Positions 10,926-29,097 of a DNA stretch of 64,000 nucleotides are shown in pieces (within the stretch, counting starts at the first letter, position 1; every line of letters starts with the position of its first letter). Location of the stretch: sequence record PQ227241.1, one strand, 5' to 3'. A program made the translations under genes and the position numbers. The notes below the pieces were generated by a model. That model ran no database searches. It was given only the letters and a program-made list of their open reading frames with translations, and had not been told where the DNA came from.

Positions 10926-11909
10926 TTAATCGAATACAAGACCACTACTAGTTGCTTGGTCATCCACATCTAGAGTAGACTGACGCTTACGCATATTAGC
11001 TTTGGCTCGATTCATCATTTCACGACGTTCTTCTAATCGCTTACGAATATCTTCAATAGATAGGCCATTGATCACAAAATGCATTTGATCGAAATCATAT
11101 TTTTCAGGATCAGCATAACCAGTAGTACGAGTTAGAACTGTACTAATTGATACATCGCGATCAGGATCAGTGTATAGTGAAGCAATAGAAATTGGATCCA
11201 GAATAGCCTGAGCTTCTTGACGATCGAAACACACGTGTAATTGGACAGTCTGTACAGGTACATCATGGTGCTTATGGAAGTGTGCCCAGTTAGTGATATC
11301 CATTAGATCAAGACTTTGGTGTTCTTGATTAAATAGAATTACTAGTGCATTTAGTACTTCAAGAATGTTTTGGTTCACCATTGATTGCGGTATACCTTCA
11401 ACATTCTCATGATAGTTAATAATCATCGGAACTTTACTAACAGAGGAAACCCCTTCAAAAGTCTTAAGGCTACCACTGCTATTACGAAGACTAATATCAC
11501 TGTCGTAAGATCCAATGACCACACTTACAACTACTTCACCTTGTTGTTGTAGATGACTAACAAGAGAAGGACCAATGGTTGAACCAGAAGCACCACCCAT
11601 TGAGTATACCACGATGTTAGTATCCCCTGCTGGGAAATGATGGGCAATGGCAGGAATGTGTGAAGAGATTAGTTCTGCGGCTGCCTTACGATCTTTACCC
11701 ATACCGATAGCCCGTTTACGTGCGGTCTGGTCAGCTAGCTTAGTATCCGCTTCAATAATGATCGTATTATCATCAGTATTATGTTTGTGTTTATTTTGTA
11801 CACTGGTATCAATGTAGCAAACATCCTCATGATAACCATGGAATAGTTCACCAATACGGAAACCAGCACCACCACAAAAGTAAATTCGAGTTTTTACTTT
11901 AGACATCAT
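10926..11909 (-). CDS. phuZ: Phage tubulin PhuZ (phiKZ gp39)
   Basis: CGGAG N-terminal motif, tubulin signature GGASGSTIG, acidic C-terminal tail ending GLVFD; 327 aa, recognised as phiKZ PhuZ. Confidence 0.97.
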   Translation of the reverse strand: MMSKVKTRIYFCGGAGFRIGELFHGYHEDVCYIDTSVQNKHKHNTDDNTIIIEADTKLADQTARKRAIGMGKDRKAAAELISSHIPAIAHHFPAGDTNIVVYSMGGASGSTIGPSLVSHLQQQGEVVVSVVIGSYDSDISLRNSSGSLKTFEGVSSVSKVPMIINYHENVEGIPQSMVNQNILEVLNALVILFNQEHQSLDLMDITNWAHFHKHHDVPVQTVQLHVCFDRQEAQAILDPISIASLYTDPDRDVSISTVLTRTTGYADPEKYDFDQMHFVINGLSIEDIRKRLEERREMMNRAKANMRKRQSTLDVDDQATSSGLVFD

Positions 11910-11959
11910 TACACCTCATTGTGTTTAATATAAATTCATATACCAACTTGTAAATGGTA

Positions 11960-12472
11960 TTAGTGCTTAAAAGTAACGATCTCTTCATGAGTTCGTTCTT
12001 GATGAACAATTAATTCATTAACCACTTTACCAATATCTGATTTAAATTCAATTGCAAGCTTATCTCGACACATATAGGTTTGCCAAGTGCCACCGGACTT
12101 AACACAATCAATAATCATGTTTAGTACATTCTTAACTTCAATCTTACTGACTTTATAACGGTAAATACTTAGAAGTTCAGTAAGCCATTTCGTTTTTGGG
12201 ATTTTGGCATTTTTACGTTCTTTAGAAATATCAAAAGGAATTAATGCAATGATCTCACCATCTTTGTTAGTGAATTCAAATACCATACCTTTTGTGTTAG
12301 CTAAAGGACGAATGTTATAATTACCTTTAACACTGCATACTTCTTCAGATAACTTAACTAACCTATCTAGTTGAACATCAGATGCATGAATGTTATCTTC
12401 TTTAAATGCTTTCTTTAGTTCATCATGAGTTAGTGGAGTACGTACTAGAGTGTAATCTTTCTGTTCAGTCAT
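11960..12472 (-). CDS. Hypothetical protein (gp38 position)
   Basis: 170-aa ORF between Dip and PhuZ. Confidence 0.65.
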   Translation of the reverse strand: MTEQKDYTLVRTPLTHDELKKAFKEDNIHASDVQLDRLVKLSEEVCSVKGNYNIRPLANTKGMVFEFTNKDGEIIALIPFDISKERKNAKIPKTKWLTELLSIYRYKVSKIEVKNVLNMIIDCVKSGGTWQTYMCRDKLAIEFKSDIGKVVNELIVHQERTHEEIVTFKH

Positions 12473-12719
12473 TTTTCATTTTTTCCAATTTTTCTATTTT
12501 CAAATTAAACGGTATTGGCTTTTTATAGCCAATCCCTTATTACTAAAAGTAATAGATTCTCGAACTAAGGATGGGTTATACCCCTTCTCTAATAATAAGG
12601 AATATTATATGGGACCCCCCCAAAGGGTCCCCCCCACATAATATACTATTTATATAATTTTCTTTTTAGAAGAAAAGAGATAAATAAGAGAAATACAGTC
12701 TATTAAAGTAATGAATTTC

Positions 12720-13541
12720 TCAAAAATTAAATAGTACACCGCGCGTCCGTTGCGTCGGATTGGCCTGCCGGACGATGGTCCGGATGTGCGGTAATAGCGG
12801 GTTTTTCAAAAATACTTGCATCGCGGTTGAATTGAGCGGTTGATTATAACGTGTGATCTTAATAGTAAATAGAACTTCTTCAACATCTGAATGACATCCT
12901 TCGAAACTAAAATATACTTCAGTCCGATCAATAAACTGATACATTTCTACAGCTGGTTCAGCTGGATCTTTAAAGGCCAGCTTATTAGCGAAATAATCAG
13001 TATGGGCTAGAATTAATTCTTTTACATTAATTGCATTCTTCTTATCAACAAGGAATTCAAACTCTTCAAGGTTATCTGTTTTGAAAATACCTTGATAAGA
13101 TGACGACTCGATTAGTTCATCACTGATATCATCAACATGAACGCCTGGCATAAATTCAATGACTGGTAGAATAAGCTTGTTACCTCCTACGCCGTCAGCG
13201 ATATGAATTCCAATCACATTACCATCACTAATGTATTCGTCATTACCGCAAATAACGGCACCAGCCGCTAGATATAAATTATCAACATATTTCAGATTAT
13301 CGGCAATAATGCGAGATAGTACATATTCTCGCACCATGGCATCATCTGGACTTGACTGCGGTTTAAAAGTATAGTGGGTGTTATGACTACTCATGGTCGC
13401 ACATGTAACAAAAACTGAAATATCTACTGGATTAAATACCCAATGAACGGAGATATCCTCTAATTTATGTGGATGATGTAAACCATCTAGCTTAGATAGG
13501 GCTTGGAGTTGTTCTTCCCAGGTGATGTTAAATTGAGTCAT
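12720..13541 (-). CDS. dip: Degradosome-interacting protein Dip (phiKZ gp37), RNase E inhibitor
   Basis: Start at MTQFNITWEEQ (13541, GAGG RBS) gives 273 aa; sequence recognised as Dip; position two genes from PhuZ. Confidence 0.85.
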   Translation of the reverse strand: MTQFNITWEEQLQALSKLDGLHHPHKLEDISVHWVFNPVDISVFVTCATMSSHNTHYTFKPQSSPDDAMVREYVLSRIIADNLKYVDNLYLAAGAVICGNDEYISDGNVIGIHIADGVGGNKLILPVIEFMPGVHVDDISDELIESSSYQGIFKTDNLEEFEFLVDKKNAINVKELILAHTDYFANKLAFKDPAEPAVEMYQFIDRTEVYFSFEGCHSDVEEVLFTIKITRYNQPLNSTAMQVFLKNPLLPHIRTIVRQANPTQRTRGVLFNF

Positions 13542-13577
13542 TTTTTCTAACCTCTTCATTTATTAAAAATAATACAC

Positions 13578-14390
13578 TTATTTTACTTTAGCAGTTGATA
13601 CTTCACATACATTAACTAATTGTTCAAATAACGGTTCATTATCTGGATCATTAACTAATTTTGATGTATTAATAATAATACCAGAATACAGCATATCAGC
13701 TGCATCTCGATCACTTGTTTTGCTGGTTACACCTTCCCACTTCCATCCATAGTAAATTAAATCAAATGATGAACCAATGTTAAAGGTTGATTGAATAAAT
13801 TTGCATGTACCATTTTCTTTTAACCAATCAGGCCTATATGGTTCATTTTTATAAAATTCATGCATGAGTACTTTAAAATCAGTTTTAATGTTTTCATGAA
13901 TAATGCAATCAATAGAATTAAGAGCTTCATCAAGAGCTGATTTAGACTCAATAATGATTTCTGATACATTGGCAGATTTTAGTGTAATCATGCCTAGTTC
14001 ATCTGAGTGTGCTCTTCCGATTTGAAATACATTGAGCTTACCAATTGGTAAGGTGGCTTTTAATGGCAGATTAGTATAGTGAGATACATCGCTTTTATAA
14101 CTGTCTTCATATGACTCAATTAAATTAAGCCATGCTCTTTCAATACGTGTATTCTCAAAATGCTGTTCTTCTTCTAGTAGTCTAGAAATTAGATGATTAA
14201 TGTATTGAACATTATGGCCAGTACCGGTAATTGAATTATATTTCGTATTACCGGTAATTCCCCATTTATTATTTTCTTTATTTATCCAACCGTAGATTAC
14301 ACTGTTTTTAGGATATTTATTTTTAAAATTATCGTATATTTCTTTTAGATGTGGATTAGGGGTAAAACTAAAAGTAGTTGATTCAGTCAT
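13578..14390 (-). CDS. Hypothetical early protein (gp36 position)
   Basis: 270-aa ORF directly downstream of a TATATTAC early promoter motif. Confidence 0.7.
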   Translation of the reverse strand: MTESTTFSFTPNPHLKEIYDNFKNKYPKNSVIYGWINKENNKWGITGNTKYNSITGTGHNVQYINHLISRLLEEEQHFENTRIERAWLNLIESYEDSYKSDVSHYTNLPLKATLPIGKLNVFQIGRAHSDELGMITLKSANVSEIIIESKSALDEALNSIDCIIHENIKTDFKVLMHEFYKNEPYRPDWLKENGTCKFIQSTFNIGSSFDLIYYGWKWEGVTSKTSDRDAADMLYSGIIINTSKLVNDPDNEPLFEQLVNVCEVSTAKVK

Positions 14391-14430
14391 TATAGATACC
14401 TATTTGAATATTGTTTATTATTGCAAATTA

Positions 14431-14438
14431 GTAATATA
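14431..14438 (-). promoter_or_regulatory. Early (virion RNAP) promoter core TATATTAC for gp36-dip
   Basis: Matches the published phiKZ early consensus as recalled. Confidence 0.7.
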
Positions 14439-14618
14439 GATCTTAAACTTTTTTTAACTCAGCATAAAGCCTCCCCTAGGGGAGGCGATATGTTCATTTA
14501 TCTATTTCAGCGTTTGGATCATACCAAGGTAATAAACTTAGTAGTGCCGGTTGTTGTTTCTTCATATCCTCTAAGATTGTTGCTTCACTTGCACCTTCTA
14601 ACATAGTGGTGAAAGTAA

Positions 14619-15308
14619 TCATGTTCTTAGAGTTATAATCGGACGTAGACCATTACCAAAGAATTTCACTTGTTGAACCATTATTTTGAAATCAGGGTTA
14701 TCGACTACATCTGGGATATAGATACCAGGTGGCGCACTGAAATAACGTTTAATTAACTCAATAGCCCAATACGTTGGTAAATCACCAAACTGTGATTTCA
14801 CTGTAGCTAGGTTTAATTGGAATGCTTTAGGTTCTTCAGGCGGTGGTTCTACCGGATCAACTGGATCAGTGGGTTCTTCAGGGCCAGTAGGTTCAGTAGG
14901 CTCTTCAGGATCCTCTGGATCGCCTTCTGTTGGCTTTTCTTCAGATGTGCCACCATCAGGGTCACTTGAACCATCATCATCTTCAACGGGCTCCTCAGGC
15001 GTTTCTATAGGCTCCTTCGGATCTTCCTGATTCTCCGATAGATCGGGCTCTTCTGATTCCCCATCTCCATTTGCTTCAGTAGAAGACGTGTCTTCTGATT
15101 CTTCATCTGTTGTCGAGTCAGTTGTGGCTGTGTTTTCTGAATCGGCAGTGGTATTTTCATTTTCACTTGATTCAGTAGAAACAATTTCAGTAGGAGTGGT
15201 TTCAAGTTCATTGACACTATCCTCTGCATTAGTTACTTCATTAGGGATTTCACTAATTTCTGATAATGTTACCGGTGCACTTACTGCGCGAGCTTTTCGT
15301 TTAGCCAT
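14619..15308 (-). CDS. Virion protein with acidic Pro/Glu-rich low-complexity region (gp35-like, capsid vertex decoration)
   Basis: EPTEPTGPEEPTDPVDPVEPPPEEP repeats plus a small C-terminal domain; synteny. Confidence 0.6.
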   Translation of the reverse strand: MAKRKARAVSAPVTLSEISEIPNEVTNAEDSVNELETTPTEIVSTESSENENTTADSENTATTDSTTDEESEDTSSTEANGDGESEEPDLSENQEDPKEPIETPEEPVEDDDGSSDPDGGTSEEKPTEGDPEDPEEPTEPTGPEEPTDPVDPVEPPPEEPKAFQLNLATVKSQFGDLPTYWAIELIKRYFSAPPGIYIPDVVDNPDFKIMVQQVKFFGNGLRPIITLRT

Positions 15309-15317
15309 GGTTGTACC

Positions 15318-16097
<780 letters not shown>

Positions 16098-16183
16098 CTA
16101 CAATTATATTTGAGTTATTGTACTACAGATGATAAAAGAGAAAATACATCATAAGCCCTCTCCTTATGGAGAGGGCATTATAT

Positions 16184-16387
16184 TTACATAGTGTTAAAAC
16201 ACGCATTAAATTTAGATAATGAGCAGCCAGTATAAATTAATGATTGCTCTAGTTGTATGATGACATCGCCATTACTATCAAAATCAGCAGCAATAAAAGT
16301 AGATTCAGTTATCTTAAAAGTAGATGGCAGCATTTCTAAATAATTAAATATTGCTTGATTATCGATGTCATGAGGATTTAAATCCAT
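16184..16387 (-). CDS. Small hypothetical protein
   Basis: 67-aa ORF before a terminator. Confidence 0.45.
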   Translation of the reverse strand: MDLNPHDIDNQAIFNYLEMLPSTFKITESTFIAADFDSNGDVIIQLEQSLIYTGCSLSKFNACFNTM

Positions 16388-16394
16388 ATGTTAC

Positions 16395-17264
16395 CTATAC
16401 ATGGATAGTTATGGACCAAATATTAACAGGACTGCATAAGACAATTGTGATTAAATCTCTATGAGTTCTTTGATAATGATTGGAACACATAACTTTGATT
16501 AACTTTAATTTTTTAGTTTCTTTATTTTGAATTTCTTTGATAAGCGATTCAATAAGCTCATTAGTAATAAGTGAATGTCCATCAATAAATGGTTTTATAC
16601 TTACTAGCGAATCTTTGTTAAATAGAATTGCATCATCATATTCGCATGTAGCTGCGGTCTTGTATATGGATGCAACTTTATTAACTTTGTCATTAGTGAC
16701 TATAGAAAAATTAAATTCACTCTTAGTTTTACTTAACGATGTTTCAAATAATTTATATTTATCAATAATAGTTTTATTATCAATAAATGATTTCATCCCA
16801 ATATTTAAATCTATGTCCAGTGTGTAAGAATCATGTATTAAACCAATTGATAGTTGAGTCTCATTACCACTATTGTTAAACTTAATATTATTAACTGAAC
16901 ATATCTGATTATTAATAAACGATAATAATAGTTTAGAAATAGTTTTAATAACATTAACTTCATAATCATTATTAGTACAAGCAAGTGCAGTTGTCATGTA
17001 TCGACTAACTTGACTAACATCTAGTTTCTGATAGTTACTACCACTATCTACCCATGGGTCAATATTTAAAAAAATCCTTAGACTAGCTAGAATATCAGAA
17101 GATGTTTCAGAATAAATGAAAAACACATTATTATTAAGATCATCTTTTAGCCAACCACTAGTTCTAAGATTTTCTAGATCTTTTTCATTAGATACCGATT
17201 GACTTAATTGCTGAATTAAACTAGGGTTAGCTAGGTTTAATAAACTAATCATTTTATAAACCAT
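16395..17264 (-). CDS. Hypothetical protein (gp33 position)
   Basis: 289-aa AT-rich ORF. Confidence 0.65.
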   Translation of the reverse strand: MVYKMISLLNLANPSLIQQLSQSVSNEKDLENLRTSGWLKDDLNNNVFFIYSETSSDILASLRIFLNIDPWVDSGSNYQKLDVSQVSRYMTTALACTNNDYEVNVIKTISKLLLSFINNQICSVNNIKFNNSGNETQLSIGLIHDSYTLDIDLNIGMKSFIDNKTIIDKYKLFETSLSKTKSEFNFSIVTNDKVNKVASIYKTAATCEYDDAILFNKDSLVSIKPFIDGHSLITNELIESLIKEIQNKETKKLKLIKVMCSNHYQRTHRDLITIVLCSPVNIWSITIHV

Positions 17265-17318
17265 TTTATTATCCTCTAATTTATGTAATTACATGGAATA
17301 AATAACATAAGTACTTTT

Positions 17319-18593
17319 ATGACTTATGATTTGATTCTCCAGGAGGTTTTCCCAATGGCAACTATTAAAGAAGTCCTTGATAGAAATTTTAAGGATGTTC
17401 AATTTGATCGCGATTTATGTAAAAGAATTATTGACTTTACTATCAGTTTTATGAATAGGAATGCTGATCACTCTGCTTTCTTTGGTGGTGTATTACTAGG
17501 TGTACAACAAGTTAAATTCTTCGATACGGATCGTGAGATTTGGTATGATGATGTTTTACGAATTGATGAAGCGCTGTTAGTCCAAGATTTTAAGTCAGTT
17601 GAATTCATTGACCCTAACCATCGTGTAATGTCAGATGTATTCAATCATCTTCCTGCCTATATTTGTTCTAGGCTTTTAAAAACAACTAATGTTCCTTTGA
17701 ATATTAGACATGAAGCAATGGTTAGTTGTTTCATGGTGTTGCATTTTAAATATCTAACATCTTTACTTGTACCACGCTTTAAATATCCTGCACGTAAAGA
17801 AGTAGCCGAAGCTGCATTCGCCGCACTCAATTATCGATTTGACATTAAGACAATTGGGTCATGGGAGAAACTATTTAGGCAACGGGCTGAAGGTATCATT
17901 GCACCTGATTCTATTTATGCACCTTTCTTAACTGGTAAAACACAAGAACTGGATTATTGGTCTGGTCGTGTGGTATCTGATACTCAAACACGTCTACGTG
18001 AATTAATCAACAAGTACTATGATGTTTATATCAGAACACTGCAATCAGGTGGTAAATTAGTTATTTCATCGGATATGGCTGTTAATTCTGATGGTGAGCA
18101 GATTCTACGCGATAAGTCTACTGGGTATCGCTCATATCTTACTTATATCCATCAAGTTGCGCAACAAGAACAAAATTTCATTAGACCTGAGCTAGTCGGT
18201 ATTATTGAAAAGATAATGCCCACAATGCCTCCAGAAATGTTCATGGCAACGCTTAGACACCTTTCCCGTAACATCGGTCAACCTAGAGCACAAAAGCTTG
18301 AGAAACTCGTAGATGAGTGCTTATTGTATGCTTTCGATTATATGCAATCACTCCGTACAATGGTTGCTAGAAATAATGATCTACAAACATTGCTTGTAAA
18401 AATACGAGCAAAGATAATGGCATCTAAAACAGAAAATGCTCAAGTTATTTTCATGCGTGAAGAAGGTGAGAAGTTAGTTAGGGATGCGACTAATTCTAGG
18501 GTACCTGCATATATCGCAGCAACTAGGACTGGGTTGATGTTGTATTTAATTCTACGTGCTATGACTAAGAATTACTATACAAAAACAAAATAA
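17319..18593 (+). CDS. Conserved virion structural protein (gp32-like)
   Basis: 424-aa lone plus-strand gene; AGGAGG precedes MATIKEV, an alternative start at about 17355. Confidence 0.65.
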   Translation: MTYDLILQEVFPMATIKEVLDRNFKDVQFDRDLCKRIIDFTISFMNRNADHSAFFGGVLLGVQQVKFFDTDREIWYDDVLRIDEALLVQDFKSVEFIDPNHRVMSDVFNHLPAYICSRLLKTTNVPLNIRHEAMVSCFMVLHFKYLTSLLVPRFKYPARKEVAEAAFAALNYRFDIKTIGSWEKLFRQRAEGIIAPDSIYAPFLTGKTQELDYWSGRVVSDTQTRLRELINKYYDVYIRTLQSGGKLVISSDMAVNSDGEQILRDKSTGYRSYLTYIHQVAQQEQNFIRPELVGIIEKIMPTMPPEMFMATLRHLSRNIGQPRAQKLEKLVDECLLYAFDYMQSLRTMVARNNDLQTLLVKIRAKIMASKTENAQVIFMREEGEKLVRDATNSRVPAYIAATRTGLMLYLILRAMTKNYYTKTK

Positions 18594-18600
18594 ACATAAT

Positions 18601-18621
18601 GCCCTCCCGCAATGGGAGGGC
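18601..18621. terminator. Bidirectional intrinsic terminator
   Basis: GCCCTCCC-GCAAT-GGGAGGGC between convergent genes. Confidence 0.85.
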
Positions 18622-18639
18622 TTATGCTGTTAAGTAACA

Positions 18640-19002
18640 TTAGCTAGATTGATCATTACATAAATTTTTCAGAGCATCGTAAATAGCCACATAAGTAAAA
18701 ATAGTTAAACTATCTTTAATTTCCTTACGTGGGGTGCCACTGAATCCACCCCATGATACATTTGTATTACTAACACATACAGTGCTAATAGCTGGCTCAT
18801 GATAGCCACCATCTACTTTACGCTTTGCATAAACCTTAGCCGTAATTTCTCCACGTAACTTTTTGAAGAAAACTAGAGCACCCGGAACGACTATACGTTT
18901 ATTACCAATCTTCGTAATAAATTCTTTACGATTAGTAAAGTGCTCTTTTAATAAATCATTAATAATTTTAGTTAAACTATCAATTTCATTCTTCATCGAC
19001 AC
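18640..19002 (-). CDS. Hypothetical protein
   Basis: 120-aa ORF. Confidence 0.55.
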   Translation of the reverse strand: MSMKNEIDSLTKIINDLLKEHFTNRKEFITKIGNKRIVVPGALVFFKKLRGEITAKVYAKRKVDGGYHEPAISTVCVSNTNVSWGGFSGTPRKEIKDSLTIFTYVAIYDALKNLCNDQSS

Positions 19003-20189
19003 GTTGTTAGTTCCTTACAAATAAACTTGATAACGTGATCACTTACAAATTTCAATGGACCAGAACAATTAGATTTCTCAATAGCGGTTTCAGTGTATGA
19101 AATTATTTGATTTCCACTTAAGGATAATGAATCAAATAATTCATAAGAGTTATTATTTTTATTCTTAAAGGATACTGCATATTGACTATTTTCACTATTG
19201 ATGCAAAATAGGTTAATAGCTGGGATAGATACAGAGTTATCTGAAGTATGGCTATTTTCCGTAATATTCCAATTACTGTATACAGTGAAAATATTTGCAG
19301 CTAGTAAAAGGTTGGCATTAACCGTTTCTAAACTAACATACTCCACAGAAGTACCTTTATGCCAATATAGTTCAATTGGATTAACCCAAGTATACCCAAT
19401 GGTTTTATAGAAGGCATGCATTACATATTCTCGCCAACGTGTGGGTTTCTTATTATCAGTTAAAACACACGTAATATTGCCTGACGGATAAATGTGGTGG
19501 ATGCTACATGCATTAATTTCATCTCTAACATTAGTTGTTTCAGTAATATTAGAATGATCCTGTTTGAATAGCCATTTTAAATGACTATTAGTTGTGTCAT
19601 CACCTTCCCCATTTGCAATGTCATTTTCTAACCACTTTTCAAATGTAGCTTGTCTATCAGGTGTTGGCATTCCCCAATAGGTAGCTAAAATGAAACGATA
19701 ATAGTATCGAATAATATCATCATCGTTAAGAATATTTTTATCCAGTTTCCAGTGATGTTGATACTCGTATACTTCGCTTGGAATATTATTTACTTGATAC
19801 CATGTATTAATTAATACTTGAATTGTTAATTGCCGAATACTCTCACTTGTTAGAGTGTAATATTCCCTGCTATGCGGCTCTTCAATTGTCACTTCTTGAT
19901 CAGTATAACCAATGTATTTAGGTTTACCATCGATGAGTGCAAAATTAACATTCCATGATGTATCATTACTAAAAGTGATATTAATAAAACCTTGTTCAAA
20001 GCTAGGCTTCACTACGAAACTGACATCATCCTTCTGATATGTCATTTGCGTTAGAATACCAAAATTAATTTTAGATGTAAATTCTTTATCGAAGTTATGT
20101 TTATAAAGTAATCCTAGTAAACAATCAATTTTATTAATAGTGTGGTTTTCTAATAATAAATCAGTATTTGTAAGTTCATTAATTTTCAT
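18993..20189 (-). CDS. Hypothetical early protein (gp31 position)
   Basis: 398-aa ORF, GAGG RBS, TATATTAC motif at 20243-20250. Confidence 0.7.
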   Translation of the reverse strand: MKINELTNTDLLLENHTINKIDCLLGLLYKHNFDKEFTSKINFGILTQMTYQKDDVSFVVKPSFEQGFINITFSNDTSWNVNFALIDGKPKYIGYTDQEVTIEEPHSREYYTLTSESIRQLTIQVLINTWYQVNNIPSEVYEYQHHWKLDKNILNDDDIIRYYYRFILATYWGMPTPDRQATFEKWLENDIANGEGDDTTNSHLKWLFKQDHSNITETTNVRDEINACSIHHIYPSGNITCVLTDNKKPTRWREYVMHAFYKTIGYTWVNPIELYWHKGTSVEYVSLETVNANLLLAANIFTVYSNWNITENSHTSDNSVSIPAINLFCINSENSQYAVSFKNKNNNSYELFDSLSLSGNQIISYTETAIEKSNCSGPLKFVSDHVIKFICKELTTCR

Positions 20190-20242
20190 TTTAACCTCTC
20201 TAAAATTTACAATCTAGTTTTACTTATTGAATAAGCAAACAT

Positions 20243-20250
20243 GTAATATA
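20243..20250 (-). promoter_or_regulatory. Early promoter core TATATTAC
   Basis: Upstream of the gp31-position gene. Confidence 0.65.
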
Positions 20251-20290
20251 TATCTTAATTATTTTTTAGCATAGTTTTTAACAACATAAA

Positions 20291-20308
20291 GCCTCCCCGA
20301 AGGGAGGC
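20291..20308 (-). terminator. Terminator after the sheath/tube operon
   Basis: UUCG-loop hairpin followed by T-rich sequence on the minus strand. Confidence 0.8.
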
Positions 20309-20498
20309 GATATGCTTTAGCTTTTTTGGTTAGTACCGACAGTCTGCTCATTCTTTTCAGTTTGAGCATTTCGCCGAAGTTGACTAACCAGACCATTGCC
20401 AGCCGCAACTACATCGGGAGAAAAGAATGCATTGATATCAAAGTTCTGATCTTGGTTGCGAGTCTTCCCAGGTGGGACCATCGGATATACTTTTGCCA

Positions 20499-21383
<885 letters not shown>

Positions 21384-21411
21384 ACTTTTCCTCATTCTGA
21401 AAGCCACCCAC

Positions 21412-23550
<2,139 letters not shown>

Positions 23551-23627
23551 CTAACAGTCAATCATAGATATTAATCATAGTTGACCATACTAGTTATTTT
23601 TTACTATCCATTTAAGGAGTAGCGGTA

Positions 23628-28958
<5,331 letters not shown>

Positions 28959-29097
28959 ATATACTGCCCCCTAGGAATCACCTAGGGGGCTTTATAACGT
29001 CTTTTAACACATTATCCATATGAGACTATACTTTACAATTGCCGTTCAATACGGCTTTATTATGGCACATTAAAATAAGTACCTTAAAGGGCAGTGT

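Noticed and set aside
14619-15308. Overlapping ORFs 15005..15229 and 15088..15321 in the acidic repeat gene
   Set aside because: By-products of low-complexity codons.
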